DNA of 38,457 nucleotides from an uncultured bacterium (GTDB taxonomy: Bacteria > Fidelibacterota > Marinisomatia > Marinisomatales > UBA1611), in NCBI GenBank assembly GCA_963933175.1, contig CAWVTW010000003.1, positions 1 to 38,457 on the forward strand, read 5' to 3'. This document shows positions 9,403 through 19,440 of this stretch, piece by piece; position 1 is the stretch's first letter; every line of letters begins with the position of its first letter. The translations under genes and the position numbers were made by a program. The notes under the pieces were generated by a model, which saw only the letters and a list, made by a program, of their open reading frames with translations, was not told where the DNA came from and did not search any database.

Positions 9403-10262
9403 AAATATTATTGGCCAAGGATGCAGGCTATTGTTTCGGTGTAAGAGATGCAGTGAATCTTGCTTACGATACGGCCAAAGATTACGGTGAGGTTTATATG
9501 CTAGGTACCATCGTCCATAATGAGAAAGTTGTGGAAGATCTTTCCAAATCAGGTACGAAAGTTGTGGATGAATTGGTTGAAGTTCCGTCCGATAAACCGA
9601 TTCTTTTTCGTGCACATGGAACGGCGCCAAATATATGGGATAAAGCAAATCAAAAAAAAATGAATATCATTGATGCAACTTGCCCGTTGGTAACGGAGAT
9701 CCATGATGAGATCAAAAAACTGGAAGCGGAAGGACGGCGAACAATTATTATTGGCGATCATGGGCATGATGAAGTTGTGGGTATAGCAGCACAAGTAAAG
9801 AATCCCATTATCCTTGCCAATGTGAAAGAAGCGAAGGCACTTCGAAAAATGAAAAAAGCCGGCGTAGTGAGCCAATCCACACAAATGATCGAGAATGTCC
9901 AGGAGATCATTAATGTACTCATGCAGAAAGTTTTTGACCTACGGTTTGTCAATACAATTTGTTTTCCAACACGACGGAATCATGAACAAATTAAGGAATT
10001 GGCGACCCAATGCGAAGTAATGATCGTAATTGGATCATTTACAAGTGCAAATTCAAAACGATTAACTCAATTGGCATTGGAAAGAAATAAAAGCTCTTAC
10101 CAGGTAACTTGTGTATCTGATATGGAAGCATTCTGGTTTGAAAATTGTGAAGTAGTGGGTATTTCTGCCGGTGCATCCACACCCGATGATATTATTAGAG
10201 ATGTCGTTGAAAAAATAAAAGAAATTGGGCACGTAACTAAAGAGGAAACAGTCTATGAGTAA
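9399..10262 (+). CDS. ispH: 4-hydroxy-3-methylbut-2-enyl diphosphate reductase
   Basis: [43 protein letters not shown]; three Fe-S Cys present. Confidence 0.95.
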   Translation: MKILLAKDAGYCFGVRDAVNLAYDTAKDYGEVYMLGTIVHNEKVVEDLSKSGTKVVDELVEVPSDKPILFRAHGTAPNIWDKANQKKMNIIDATCPLVTEIHDEIKKLEAEGRRTIIIGDHGHDEVVGIAAQVKNPIILANVKEAKALRKMKKAGVVSQSTQMIENVQEIINVLMQKVFDLRFVNTICFPTRRNHEQIKELATQCEVMIVIGSFTSANSKRLTQLALERNKSSYQVTCVSDMEAFWFENCEVVGISAGASTPDDIIRDVVEKIKEIGHVTKEETVYE

Positions 10263-11136
10263 AGGAACATTTGAAGTAAAGGTCGGGTTGGCAGAAATGC
10301 TGAAAGGTGGTGTTATTATGGACGTGACCAACGCAGAACAGGCAAAAATCGCAGAAGATGCGGGCGCTTGCGCTGTTATGGCATTGGAACGAATTCCAGC
10401 TGACATCCGCAAAGATGGTGGTATTTCAAGGATGAGCGACCCTGAAATGATACGGGAAATCCAGGCGCAGGTTTCTATTCCTGTCATGGCGAAATGCAGG
10501 ATTGGCCATTTTGCTGAAGCGCAAGTACTGGAAACATTGGAAATTGATTTCATTGATGAAAGTGAAGTTTTGACTCCAGCCGATGAACATAACCATATTT
10601 GGAAAAATGATTTCAAAGCACCCTTTGTTTGTGGATGTAGAAACCTGGGAGAAGCCCTTCGCCGGATCGCGGAAGGCGCTGCCATGATCCGCACCAAAGG
10701 TGAAGCAGGAAGCGGGAATATTGTAGAAGCGGTGCGCCATATGAGAACCGTTATGACTCAGATCAGAAGAGTCACCCTGCTTGGTCAAGACGAACTTGTA
10801 GCCGAAGCAAAGAATTTGGGTGCACCCTTATCCTTAGTTCAGCAAGTGGCAAAACTGGGGAAGCTTCCCGTTCCAAATTTTGCAGCTGGCGGGATTGCTA
10901 CACCAGCGGATGCGTCGCTCATGATGCAGCTTGGCGCCGAGTCTGTTTTTGTGGGCTCCGGGATTTTTAAAAGTGATGATCCTGCAGCACGGGCAAAAGC
11001 TGTTGTAGAAGCAACAACTCATTATCAGGATGCAAAACGAGTTGCTGCAGCTAGTTCAGGTCTCAAAAAAGCCATGAAAGGCTTGGATATGTCCGAAATT
11101 CCTATCGAAGAAAGATTACAGGAAAGGGGCTGGTAA
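10255..11136 (+). CDS. pdxS: Pyridoxal 5'-phosphate synthase lyase subunit
   Basis: [45 protein letters not shown]-terminal LQERGW. Confidence 0.98.
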   Translation: MSKGTFEVKVGLAEMLKGGVIMDVTNAEQAKIAEDAGACAVMALERIPADIRKDGGISRMSDPEMIREIQAQVSIPVMAKCRIGHFAEAQVLETLEIDFIDESEVLTPADEHNHIWKNDFKAPFVCGCRNLGEALRRIAEGAAMIRTKGEAGSGNIVEAVRHMRTVMTQIRRVTLLGQDELVAEAKNLGAPLSLVQQVAKLGKLPVPNFAAGGIATPADASLMMQLGAESVFVGSGIFKSDDPAARAKAVVEATTHYQDAKRVAAASSGLKKAMKGLDMSEIPIEERLQERGW

Positions 11137-11744
11137 TTAAAGTCGGCGTATTAGAATTGCAGGGAGATTTTGCCCTGCATCACCGCGTTTTTTCCAGACT
11201 CAATATTGAATCTGTTCCTGTGAAAGTACCATTAGATTTAGATTCAGTTGATGGACTGGTGATTCCCGGAGGCGAATCCACGACTCTATCATTATTGATT
11301 GATTCTTTTGGCTTACGAGAACCGCTCATCAATTTTGGGAAAGACCACCCCGTTATGGGGACCTGTGCGGGACTCATTATGATGGCTAAAGAAGTTCCGG
11401 ATGAGCGTGTTAACCCTTTAGGTTTCCTTAATATTTGCGTGGATCGAAATGCCTACGGTCGCCAAATAGAATCATCCACAGAAATGGTAAAATATCATTT
11501 TAATTCCAATACGGAAATTGAGTTTTCCACAACTTTGATTCGTGCACCAAAAATCTCTGAAATGGGAGATGATATACAAGTACTTGGAGAATTTAAAGGG
11601 TCCCCCGTTGCTGTGATTTCCGGGCATCATCTGGGGTTGTCTTTTCACCCGGAATTAGATGGTATTGACCTTTTTCATCAAATCTTATTTGATCCATTCA
11701 GCGAGGTTTATACCAAAAAATTAAATCAGATTTATGCAACTTAA
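11136..11744 (+). CDS. pdxT: Pyridoxal 5'-phosphate synthase glutaminase subunit
   Basis: IPGGEST, GTCAG, RNAYGRQ, SFHPEL. The conserved N-terminal strand ([10 protein letters not shown]) lies upstream of the TTG at 11157, so the start is probably ATT 11136 or CTG 11130. Confidence 0.93.
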   Translation: MKVGVLELQGDFALHHRVFSRLNIESVPVKVPLDLDSVDGLVIPGGESTTLSLLIDSFGLREPLINFGKDHPVMGTCAGLIMMAKEVPDERVNPLGFLNICVDRNAYGRQIESSTEMVKYHFNSNTEIEFSTTLIRAPKISEMGDDIQVLGEFKGSPVAVISGHHLGLSFHPELDGIDLFHQILFDPFSEVYTKKLNQIYAT

Positions 11745-13659
11745 TTATTTACCAAATATAAAATCTCCTAAAGATATACGAGGGTATTCAAACGAAGAAC
11801 TCCACGAACTCTGTGATGAACTTCGAAATTATACTATTGATACTATAACTCAGATCGGTGGGCATCTGGCGCCGACTTTGGGTGTGATCGAACTCACGGT
11901 TGCACTCCATTATACTTACAACACGCCGAACGATAAATTGATCTGGGATGTGGGGCACCAGGGCTATGCCCATAAATTATTGACAGGAAGATATGATAAT
12001 TTTCCAACGATCCGAAAATTCAAAGGATTGAGTGGATTTTTAAAGCGGTCCGAAAGTGACTATGATGTTATAGGTGCAGGACATGCATCCACTTCCATTT
12101 CTTCTGCTCTGGGTGTCGCTGAAGGCCGCCACCAAAATAAAGAAGATTTTCGTGTTGCTGCTATTATTGGTGATGGGTCCATGACTGGCGGACTGGCTTT
12201 TGAAGGGATCAATAACGCAGGCCATTTAGGGAGGCAACTCCTCGTTATCCTGAATGATAATGAAATGTCCATAAGCCCTAATGTAGGCGCTATCTCAACT
12301 TATTTTACACGGCTAATCTCCAATCCACTTTATAACCGAATCCGAAATGAGTTTTGGGATCTCACGGGTAAATTGCCACTGGCGAAAACCACTACCCGAA
12401 CCTTGATCAAGAAAGTAGAAGAAAGTCTCAAAAGTTTAATCGTACCAGGTCTCTTTTTTGAAGAATTGGGTTTCAGATATTTTGGACCTATAGATGGCCA
12501 TGACCTGGATGAAGTCCTTCATACCTTGGGAAATATTAAAGATATCCAGAAACCGGTATTGCTGCATGTATTAACCAAAAAGGGGAAGGGCATGGTTTCC
12601 ATGAATGTTGAAAATCGTGAGTACCATGATGATGCGGTAAAATATCATGCGGTGAAGCCCAATAGTAAACGTCCTTACAAAATTGAAAAAGATGTACCCA
12701 AATCGAATGCTCCTATCTTTCAGGATGTGTTTGGAAAATTATCCTGTGAAATCGCCCGGAACCGGGAAGATACAGTGTGTGTTACGGCGGCTATGCGGGA
12801 AGGAACCGGACTTGTCCCCTATTCCAAAGAATTCCCGGATAGATTTTATGATGTTGGTATTGCTGAAGGTCATGGTGTAACATTTTCAGCGGGGCTTGCT
12901 ACAGAGGGAATCCGCCCCATTGTAGCTATTTATTCTACATTTTTACAGCGAGCATATGATCATATCATACACGATTGTGCTATCCAGCATCTTCCTGTTA
13001 TCTTTTGTCTGGATCGTTCCGGCATTGCCGGAGAAGATGGCCCCACGCACCACGGTGCCCTTGATCTTGCTTATTTGAGATGTATTCAAAATATGATTGT
13101 TACAGCCCCAAAAAGTGGCAATGAATTCAGACATCTTCTATACACTGCACTCAATATAAAAGATCAGCCCATTTCTATTCGTTATCCCAAAGCAAGCTCC
13201 GTGGAATTTGATGAAAATGGTCAGGCAGAAATGCTGCCCATTGGATCATGGGAAGTGGAACAGCGTGGATCGGATGTAGCCATACTGGCTGTAGGCCCCA
13301 TGGTTTACACCGCTCTGGATGCGGCAAAACAGTCTGCTTCATCGGGAATCACATGCGAAGTGGTGAATTGCAGATTCATTAAACCCATGGATACAGCATA
13401 CTTGGATTCCATTAAGAAAAAATTCGCAAAGATCATTACATTGGAGGAAGGGACGACCACAGGTGGTTTTGGTGATGGTGTCGCCGGATGGCTTTTGGAA
13501 AATGGGTTTCAAGGGAAGTTTAAGAAACTTGGATTACCAGATAACTTTGTAGAACATGGCTCCCGTGATCAGATATTGACAATGCTGGGACTGGACGTTG
13601 ATGGTGTCGCCCAATCAATTCGTAATTTTGTTGGTGAAAAGGACTCCGTTTCCGTTTAA
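11734..13659 (+). CDS. dxs: 1-deoxy-D-xylulose-5-phosphate synthase
   Basis: GGHLAPTLG, WDVGHQ, GHASTSIS, IGDGSMTGG...NDNEMSI, DVGIAEGH, YSTFLQRAYD, DGPTHHG. Confidence 0.97.
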   Translation: MQLNYLPNIKSPKDIRGYSNEELHELCDELRNYTIDTITQIGGHLAPTLGVIELTVALHYTYNTPNDKLIWDVGHQGYAHKLLTGRYDNFPTIRKFKGLSGFLKRSESDYDVIGAGHASTSISSALGVAEGRHQNKEDFRVAAIIGDGSMTGGLAFEGINNAGHLGRQLLVILNDNEMSISPNVGAISTYFTRLISNPLYNRIRNEFWDLTGKLPLAKTTTRTLIKKVEESLKSLIVPGLFFEELGFRYFGPIDGHDLDEVLHTLGNIKDIQKPVLLHVLTKKGKGMVSMNVENREYHDDAVKYHAVKPNSKRPYKIEKDVPKSNAPIFQDVFGKLSCEIARNREDTVCVTAAMREGTGLVPYSKEFPDRFYDVGIAEGHGVTFSAGLATEGIRPIVAIYSTFLQRAYDHIIHDCAIQHLPVIFCLDRSGIAGEDGPTHHGALDLAYLRCIQNMIVTAPKSGNEFRHLLYTALNIKDQPISIRYPKASSVEFDENGQAEMLPIGSWEVEQRGSDVAILAVGPMVYTALDAAKQSASSGITCEVVNCRFIKPMDTAYLDSIKKKFAKIITLEEGTTTGGFGDGVAGWLLENGFQGKFKKLGLPDNFVEHGSRDQILTMLGLDVDGVAQSIRNFVGEKDSVSV

Positions 13660-13662
13660 AAA

Positions 13663-15390
13663 TTGAATTCTTTATTTCTAGCACTCATTGGACTCATCCT
13701 GTTTGGATTGGGTTATCGGTTTTACGCATCTTATATCTCAACTAAAATATATTCTCTCCAGGATTTTACAGGAGAGGTTCCGGCAAAAGAGTTCCAAGAC
13801 GGAATAGATTTTGTACCAACTAAAAAGGGGATTCTTTTTGGGCACCACTTTACATCTATAGCGGGTGCAGCACCTATTATTGGCCCCTGCATTGCAGCCT
13901 TCTGGGGATGGTTGCCGGCTCTGCTTTGGATCGTTTTGGGAACCATATTTATGGGTGCCGTTCATGATTTTGGTGCGCTTGTGGTATCTGTCCGGGAAAA
14001 AGGGAAGACGATTGCAGACATTACCGGAACCATTATCAACAAGCGTGTAAAAACCATGTTCCTGATTTTTGTCATGATGTTAAGTTGGCTAGTGCTGGCT
14101 GTTTTTGCTATGGCAATTGCAGGACTTTTTGTGAGTATTCCTACAGCCGTTCTGCCTGTAAATATTGAAATTATTATTGCACTCGCCGTTGGATTTTTAC
14201 TATATCGAAAAAAAGTGGATGCTTTGATTCCCTCGATCATTGCCTTAATTCTGCTGTATGTTTTTGTGTATATTGGATCTTTCACACCACTTTCATTCGA
14301 AGCCATTGGAATGGACAAAGCCTCCCAATATACTCTTTGGATTATTTTACTATTTATTTATTCTGGGATTGCCAGTCTGCTCCCTATTTGGTTATTACTC
14401 CAGCCACGGGACTATATAAACAGTCATCAATTGATTGTTGGTTTGGTCTTGATCTTTATCGGAATAGCCATTGCTCAGCCGGTTGTAGAAGCACCCATGA
14501 TAAGATCGGCAGGTGAGGGAGTCCCTGGTTTATTCCCTCTATTATTTGTGACCATCGCCTGTGGAGCTATTAGTGGATTTCATGGATTGGTAGCATCTGG
14601 TACCACATCAAAACAAGTCTCCAATATTCAGGATACAAAAATGATAGGGTATGGATCCATGCTTGGCGAGGGAACCTTGGCCTTGGCTTCCACCATTGCG
14701 GCTGTGGCGGGAATTTCTTTGGTTACAAATTGTAATCTACCTTCTATTGGCGCTGTAGATAATCTTAGTTGGAATATTTATTATGATACATGGGCACATG
14801 CAGCCACCAATAAAGCAACTGCTTTTGTATTAGGTGGAGGTGCTTTGATCCAGTCTCTGGGAATTCCACAAACACTTGCCAAAACGATTATGGCTGTATT
14901 GGTTATTTCATTTGCCGCAACAACTTTAGATACAGCGACAAGAATCCAACGATTCATTCTTATAGAAGTGGGGCAAACCATTAATGTCCCGTTATTGAAA
15001 AATCGTTATATTGCCACATTTGTGGCTATTGTGCCAGCACTGGCACTGACCTTATGGAATATTGCTGATCCTGTATCTGGTGAATTAACACAGGCCGGTT
15101 GGGTATTGTGGCCTATTTTTGGCGCATCAAACCAAATGTTGGCAGCTTTGACTTTAATGACGTTATCCATCTATTTCTGGAAAAAGAATAAACCAGTTTT
15201 GCCTCTAATCATTCCTTTTATTTTTATTACCGTAACCACGCTCTCATCCCTGGCAGTAAATGCCCAATCTTTCATTGGGAACAATCCATTATTATTTGTG
15301 ATAGATTGTATATTAGCCACCCTGATTCTATGGATGCTATATGAAGGTTGGACAGTTTTCAGAGCTGGAAGATCACAGGAAATATTTTAG
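13663..15390 (+). CDS. cstA: Carbon starvation protein A family transporter (peptide/pyruvate)
   Basis: DGIDFVPT, LFGHHFTSIAGAAPIIGP, LLQPRDYIN, FVTIACGAISGFH, FAATTLDTATR, WPIFGASNQMLA. Confidence 0.93.
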   Translation: MNSLFLALIGLILFGLGYRFYASYISTKIYSLQDFTGEVPAKEFQDGIDFVPTKKGILFGHHFTSIAGAAPIIGPCIAAFWGWLPALLWIVLGTIFMGAVHDFGALVVSVREKGKTIADITGTIINKRVKTMFLIFVMMLSWLVLAVFAMAIAGLFVSIPTAVLPVNIEIIIALAVGFLLYRKKVDALIPSIIALILLYVFVYIGSFTPLSFEAIGMDKASQYTLWIILLFIYSGIASLLPIWLLLQPRDYINSHQLIVGLVLIFIGIAIAQPVVEAPMIRSAGEGVPGLFPLLFVTIACGAISGFHGLVASGTTSKQVSNIQDTKMIGYGSMLGEGTLALASTIAAVAGISLVTNCNLPSIGAVDNLSWNIYYDTWAHAATNKATAFVLGGGALIQSLGIPQTLAKTIMAVLVISFAATTLDTATRIQRFILIEVGQTINVPLLKNRYIATFVAIVPALALTLWNIADPVSGELTQAGWVLWPIFGASNQMLAALTLMTLSIYFWKKNKPVLPLIIPFIFITVTTLSSLAVNAQSFIGNNPLLFVIDCILATLILWMLYEGWTVFRAGRSQEIF

Positions 15391-15393
15391 ACC

Positions 15394-17052
15394 ATGAGTG
15401 AACAATTAACTCTATTTCAAGATGGATTAAACCAGTGGAAAAAAACCACTAAATCTATGTCGACTCGTGACGCAGATTTTGATACTTTATCAGGCAAAGA
15501 ACTGGATCTGTGTTACTTCCCCGATTCCCCAAATAGTGATTACATGGATAAGATTGGGTTCCCGGGGCAATTCCCATACACCCGGGGTGTCCATCCCAAT
15601 TTATACCGTGGAAAACTCTGGACCATGCGCCAATTTGCTGGATTTGGTAAACCAGAAGAAACCAACCACCGTTTCAAAAAATTATTAGAAAAAGGGCAAA
15701 CCGGTCTCTCCGTAGCTTATGATATGCCCACCCTAATGGGATACGATCCGGACCATCCCTATTCAAAAGGAGAAGTAGGGAAATGTGGCGTCAGTGTTTC
15801 TTCTCTTGCGGACATGGAAACACTTTTTGACGGCATCAATTTGGGTGAGATTTCTGTTTCCCAAACCATTAACGGTCCTGCCATTGTTCTCCTTGCATTT
15901 TATATTGCTGTAGCAGAAAAACAAGGTGTGCCATTGGATCAACTCCGCGGCACCCTCCAAAATGATATCTTGAAGGAATTCATTGCCCAAAAGGAATGGA
16001 TCTTCCCGCCGAAACCATCCATGCGTGTCATTACGGATATGCTGGCTTATTGCACCGAACACATGCCAAAATTCAATACGATTTCCATCAGCGGCTACCA
16101 CATTCGGGAAGCAGGTTCTACCGCGGCGCAGGAATTGGCATTTACTCTGGCAAATGGATTTTCTTATGTGGAACATGGCATGAAAGCAGGGTTAGATGTG
16201 GATGACTTTGCACCCCGTCTTTCCTTCTTTTTTAATTCACATTTAGATTTTTTTGAAGAGATTGCCAAATTCCGGGCTGCACGCCGAATTTGGGCCAAGC
16301 GGATGAAAAATGTGTATGGGGCAAAGAGTGAAAAGTCCTGGAAATTGCGCTTCCACACCCAAACGGCGGGATGCAGTCTTACTGCCCAACAGCCCGAGAT
16401 CAATATTGCTCGTACTGCATTTCAGGCTTTGGCAGGTGTCTTGGGTGGGACGCAAAGTTTGCATACCAATTCTATGGATGAAGCGTTGGCCTTGCCAACA
16501 GAAAAAGCAGCGGAGATTGCACTGCGAACGCAACAATTGATCGCTTTTGAAACGGGTGTTGCTAACGTGGTTGACCCATTGGGTGGATCCTGGTTTATTG
16601 AAGAACTCACAGATAAGATCGAAGAGGATGCAGAACAATATTTTCAGGAAATTGAGAATATTGGAGGTGTCATTCCGGCTATTGAGCAAGGTTATTTCCA
16701 ACGTGAGATCGCACGAGCTGCATCGGGTTACCAATCCAAGTTGGATTCTAATCAACGTATCATGGTGGGTGTAAATCGGTTTGTGAAAGAGGATGAAGAG
16801 ATTGATATTCCAATTCTGGAAATCAGTGCGGAAGCAGGTGAAGTCCAACGGCAAAAATTGGCTAACATGAAAAAATCCCGTGATGAAACAAAAGCGCAGG
16901 AGAGATTATTTGAAATACAGGAAGCCTGTAAAAACGGAGATAACCTGATGCCGCCTATCATAAAAGCGGCCAAAGCATACGTGACCATGGGTGAAATTGT
17001 GGTGGCCATGAAAGCAGAATTTGGTGAGTGGCAGGAAACTGCTGTTTTTTAA
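15394..17052 (+). CDS. Adenosylcobalamin-dependent acyl-CoA mutase, stand-alone large (substrate-binding) subunit; isobutyryl-CoA-mutase-like
   Basis: [58 protein letters not shown]. At 552 aa it has no C-terminal DxHxxG B12-binding domain. Confidence 0.92.
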   Translation: MSEQLTLFQDGLNQWKKTTKSMSTRDADFDTLSGKELDLCYFPDSPNSDYMDKIGFPGQFPYTRGVHPNLYRGKLWTMRQFAGFGKPEETNHRFKKLLEKGQTGLSVAYDMPTLMGYDPDHPYSKGEVGKCGVSVSSLADMETLFDGINLGEISVSQTINGPAIVLLAFYIAVAEKQGVPLDQLRGTLQNDILKEFIAQKEWIFPPKPSMRVITDMLAYCTEHMPKFNTISISGYHIREAGSTAAQELAFTLANGFSYVEHGMKAGLDVDDFAPRLSFFFNSHLDFFEEIAKFRAARRIWAKRMKNVYGAKSEKSWKLRFHTQTAGCSLTAQQPEINIARTAFQALAGVLGGTQSLHTNSMDEALALPTEKAAEIALRTQQLIAFETGVANVVDPLGGSWFIEELTDKIEEDAEQYFQEIENIGGVIPAIEQGYFQREIARAASGYQSKLDSNQRIMVGVNRFVKEDEEIDIPILEISAEAGEVQRQKLANMKKSRDETKAQERLFEIQEACKNGDNLMPPIIKAAKAYVTMGEIVVAMKAEFGEWQETAVF

Positions 17053-17071
17053 GGAAAAAAATAATTTAGAT

Positions 17072-17228
17072 ATGCATGATACATTGAAAAAAGATATTTA
17101 TTCTATATCCTTGGGAACAGGTAGGAGGCTACAAATTACTTATTTAAAATTTTTGATCAATCCACTTGTTTGGCAGGTATGTGCTATTATTTGGAACCAT
17201 CATCAGTCTTTGGCCGGCAAAGGATTAA
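17072..17228 (+). pseudogene. ccmF: Degraded 3' remnant of cytochrome c heme lyase CcmF
   Basis: One frame gives HDTLKKDIYSISLG...YLKFLINPLVWQV. After a +1 shift at about 17180 it reads VLLFGTIISLWPAKD* (TAA 17226-17228). Together these resemble the CcmF C-terminus (EDLY...V/INPLV.W...G..I.LWP), directly upstream of a ccm cluster. Confidence 0.6.
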
Positions 17229-17232
17229 GACC

Positions 17233-17505
17233 ATGAATCTTGTTTTTATAACCGCCGTTATTGCGTTGTTCTCCAGTATAGTGTGGTATGTGATTTTCCC
17301 ACTTTTTGAAGGAGAATCAATAATCCCTCTAAAAATGAACCAAGGTGACCTGGATCGAAAAAAGGAGGTACTGCTGCGCCAGATCAAAGAATTGGAAATG
17401 GATCACCATATCGGGAATATTTCTGACGAAGATTTCAACGGCGGCCGGTTAGCGCTTAAGCAGGAAATTTCAGAAATTATTGCAGAATTAAAAAAAGTGT
17501 CGTGA
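17233..17505 (+). CDS. Small membrane-anchored Ccm accessory protein (CcmI N-terminal-like)
   Basis: TM helix ending WYVIFPLF, then KEVLLRQIKELEMDHHIGNISDEDF, resembling the E(L)xxD...G.IS..D/E pattern of CcmI-type N-termini. GTGA overlap with ccmA. Confidence 0.65.
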   Translation: MNLVFITAVIALFSSIVWYVIFPLFEGESIIPLKMNQGDLDRKKEVLLRQIKELEMDHHIGNISDEDFNGGRLALKQEISEIIAELKKVS

Positions 17506-18119
17506 ATCTTCAAGTCACTAATCTTTCCAAATCATTTTACCACTCTCCCGTTTTTCAATCTTTTTCTCTCAAAATGGAATCGGGTGAAAAGATTGGCCTT
17601 TCCGGTCCCAATGGATCGGGGAAGACCACTTTACTCAAAATGATCAGCGGTATCATGTCTATTGATTCCGGTGAGATCAGGATAGGAGAGAATGATGTGA
17701 ATTCGGATGATCCAGATCCAAGAAAAAACCTGTATTACCTGGGCCATTCCGTAGGACTCTATCCCGGTTTAACCGGACACGAAAACCTGGCCTTTATTTC
17801 TGGATTATATGGGAAAACGAGCCGCAATATTTCTGACATTTTGATCAAGGTAAGGCTCGATTCTGCCCAGGATAAATTGGTGAAATTTTATTCACAGGGC
17901 ATGCTCCAACGGCTCAAACTTGCCACGGCCATAATTCTTGATCCCGATATTTTATTATTAGACGAACCTTTGACCGGATTGGATGTTGATGGAATCAAAT
18001 TGTTTGAATCCGTTATAATAGAATGGAATGAATTGAGAAAAACTATGATTATTGTTTCCCATGATTCTGATTGGTTGCGTACCAATACAGACCGAATTAT
18101 AGAACTAAAACAATGTTGA
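17502..18119 (+). CDS. ccmA: Heme export/cytochrome c maturation ABC ATPase
   Basis: Walker A GPNGSGKTT, YLGH, ENL.F, YSQGMLQRL signature, LLLDEP, VSH; precedes ccmB and ccmC. Confidence 0.88.
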   Translation: MNLQVTNLSKSFYHSPVFQSFSLKMESGEKIGLSGPNGSGKTTLLKMISGIMSIDSGEIRIGENDVNSDDPDPRKNLYYLGHSVGLYPGLTGHENLAFISGLYGKTSRNISDILIKVRLDSAQDKLVKFYSQGMLQRLKLATAIILDPDILLLDEPLTGLDVDGIKLFESVIIEWNELRKTMIIVSHDSDWLRTNTDRIIELKQC

Positions 18120-18775
18120 TTCATTTTATACTAAAAGACTTGAAAATTGAATGGCGATCCAAAGAGATTATAACATCCATGTTTATTTTTGGATTATCCA
18201 TTACGCTGATTTTCGCCTTGGCGTTCCAAGTGGCACCGATGTTAATTCGCACATTTGCTCCGGGACTCTTGTGGGTGGTGATCTTGTTTACATCTGTTTT
18301 GGGGCTGAATCGCCTTTTCTCGCTGGAGCGGGAAGAACATGCCATGTGGAGTTGGACATCAGCACCGGTGGATCGTGGAATTGTTTATATATCAAAAGTT
18401 ATTTCGGCACTTTTCTTCGTCTTGATGTCAGAAATCTTGTTCATTGTCCCCTTTTTCATTTTCTTGAATCTACCGGCCAACTTTTCATTTTTTCAATTTT
18501 CACTAATTCTTTTTTTAGGAACAGGCGCCATCGTTTCTGTGGGTTGTTTGATTTCAGGCATCACTTTGCAGGCAGGATTGCGTGATGTATTGATTCCCAT
18601 ATTGCTATTTCCATCTGCATCGCCTGTGGCTATTGCAGCGACAAAATGTACAGAATCATTATTTGATCAAAAGCCTATGACAGAGTGGAATTTTTGGTTT
18701 CTTATTCTTGGCTCTTTTTTTGTAATTTTTGGCCTGTTTGGATACATGGTCTTTAACCGGATCGTTGAAGAATAA
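18113..18775 (+). CDS. ccmB: Heme exporter protein B
   Basis: KDLKIEWRSKE, PGLLWV...F..ERE, RDVLIPILLFP; six-TM pattern; ATG at 18113. Confidence 0.9.
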   Translation: MLIHFILKDLKIEWRSKEIITSMFIFGLSITLIFALAFQVAPMLIRTFAPGLLWVVILFTSVLGLNRLFSLEREEHAMWSWTSAPVDRGIVYISKVISALFFVLMSEILFIVPFFIFLNLPANFSFFQFSLILFLGTGAIVSVGCLISGITLQAGLRDVLIPILLFPSASPVAIAATKCTESLFDQKPMTEWNFWFLILGSFFVIFGLFGYMVFNRIVEE

Positions 18776-19437
18776 TGACCTTTTTTAATCATCAAAACAA
18801 TTTAATTCATGCAGCAATAGCGGCTGCACTTTCTGCGATCAATATTTATATTGTTCTCAGCTTGGAACCGCCGAACTTGGCACAGGGTATTTTTGGCAAT
18901 ATTTTTTATATTCATGTTCCTGTTGCTTGGACAGCATTTCTCCTGTATTTGTGTGTTATGATTTCGGGAATTTTATTTCTTATAAAGAAGGATAAAGTAT
19001 GGGATCGTCGTGGTCTTGCTTTTGCCGAGGTGGGAACCATCTTCATGTTTTTGGTCTTAACTACGGGACCCATTTGGGCCAAACCGGCTTGGGGTATATT
19101 TTGGCCTTGGGAGCCCCGCCTTACTACCAGTCTAATCCTTTTCCTGATATTTCTGGGTTATTTTATGTTACGGGAATTTGGAGGCAATCCGGAACAGGTT
19201 TCCCGATATGCAGCCGTGGTTGGAATTTTGGCATTTTTAGATGTCCCTTTAATATTTTTATCGGTAAAGTTCTGGTTACCAGAAATGCAGTCACATCCAC
19301 AGGTCGGGCAGTATTTTGACAGTGCAAATCCGCTGCCAACTTATCTTTTGATCTTCTCATTTTTATCATTATTGGTCGTGTCAAGTCTAATGATTCGCTT
19401 GCGGACAAATATTTTATCCATGAAAGAAGCGAATTAG
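18775..19437 (+). CDS. ccmC: Heme exporter protein C
   Basis: IFYIHVPVAW (His ligand), WWD-like TGPIWAKPAWGIFWPWEPRLTT, second His in QSHP. Confidence 0.92.
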   Translation: MTFFNHQNNLIHAAIAAALSAINIYIVLSLEPPNLAQGIFGNIFYIHVPVAWTAFLLYLCVMISGILFLIKKDKVWDRRGLAFAEVGTIFMFLVLTTGPIWAKPAWGIFWPWEPRLTTSLILFLIFLGYFMLREFGGNPEQVSRYAAVVGILAFLDVPLIFLSVKFWLPEMQSHPQVGQYFDSANPLPTYLLIFSFLSLLVVSSLMIRLRTNILSMKEAN

Positions 19438-19440
19438 ATT

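Noticed and set aside
15394-17052. Locally higher GC in the mutase gene as a sign of horizontal transfer
   Set aside because: Only an impression by eye. Conserved Gly/Ala/Pro-rich genes show the same, and there are no flanking repeats, integrase or tRNA.
17021-17236. 71-aa ORF as an intact gene, and the 17170 start for the next ORF
   Set aside because: The first overlaps the mutase end and is better explained as a frameshifted ccmF remnant. The downstream protein's TM begins at ATG 17233.
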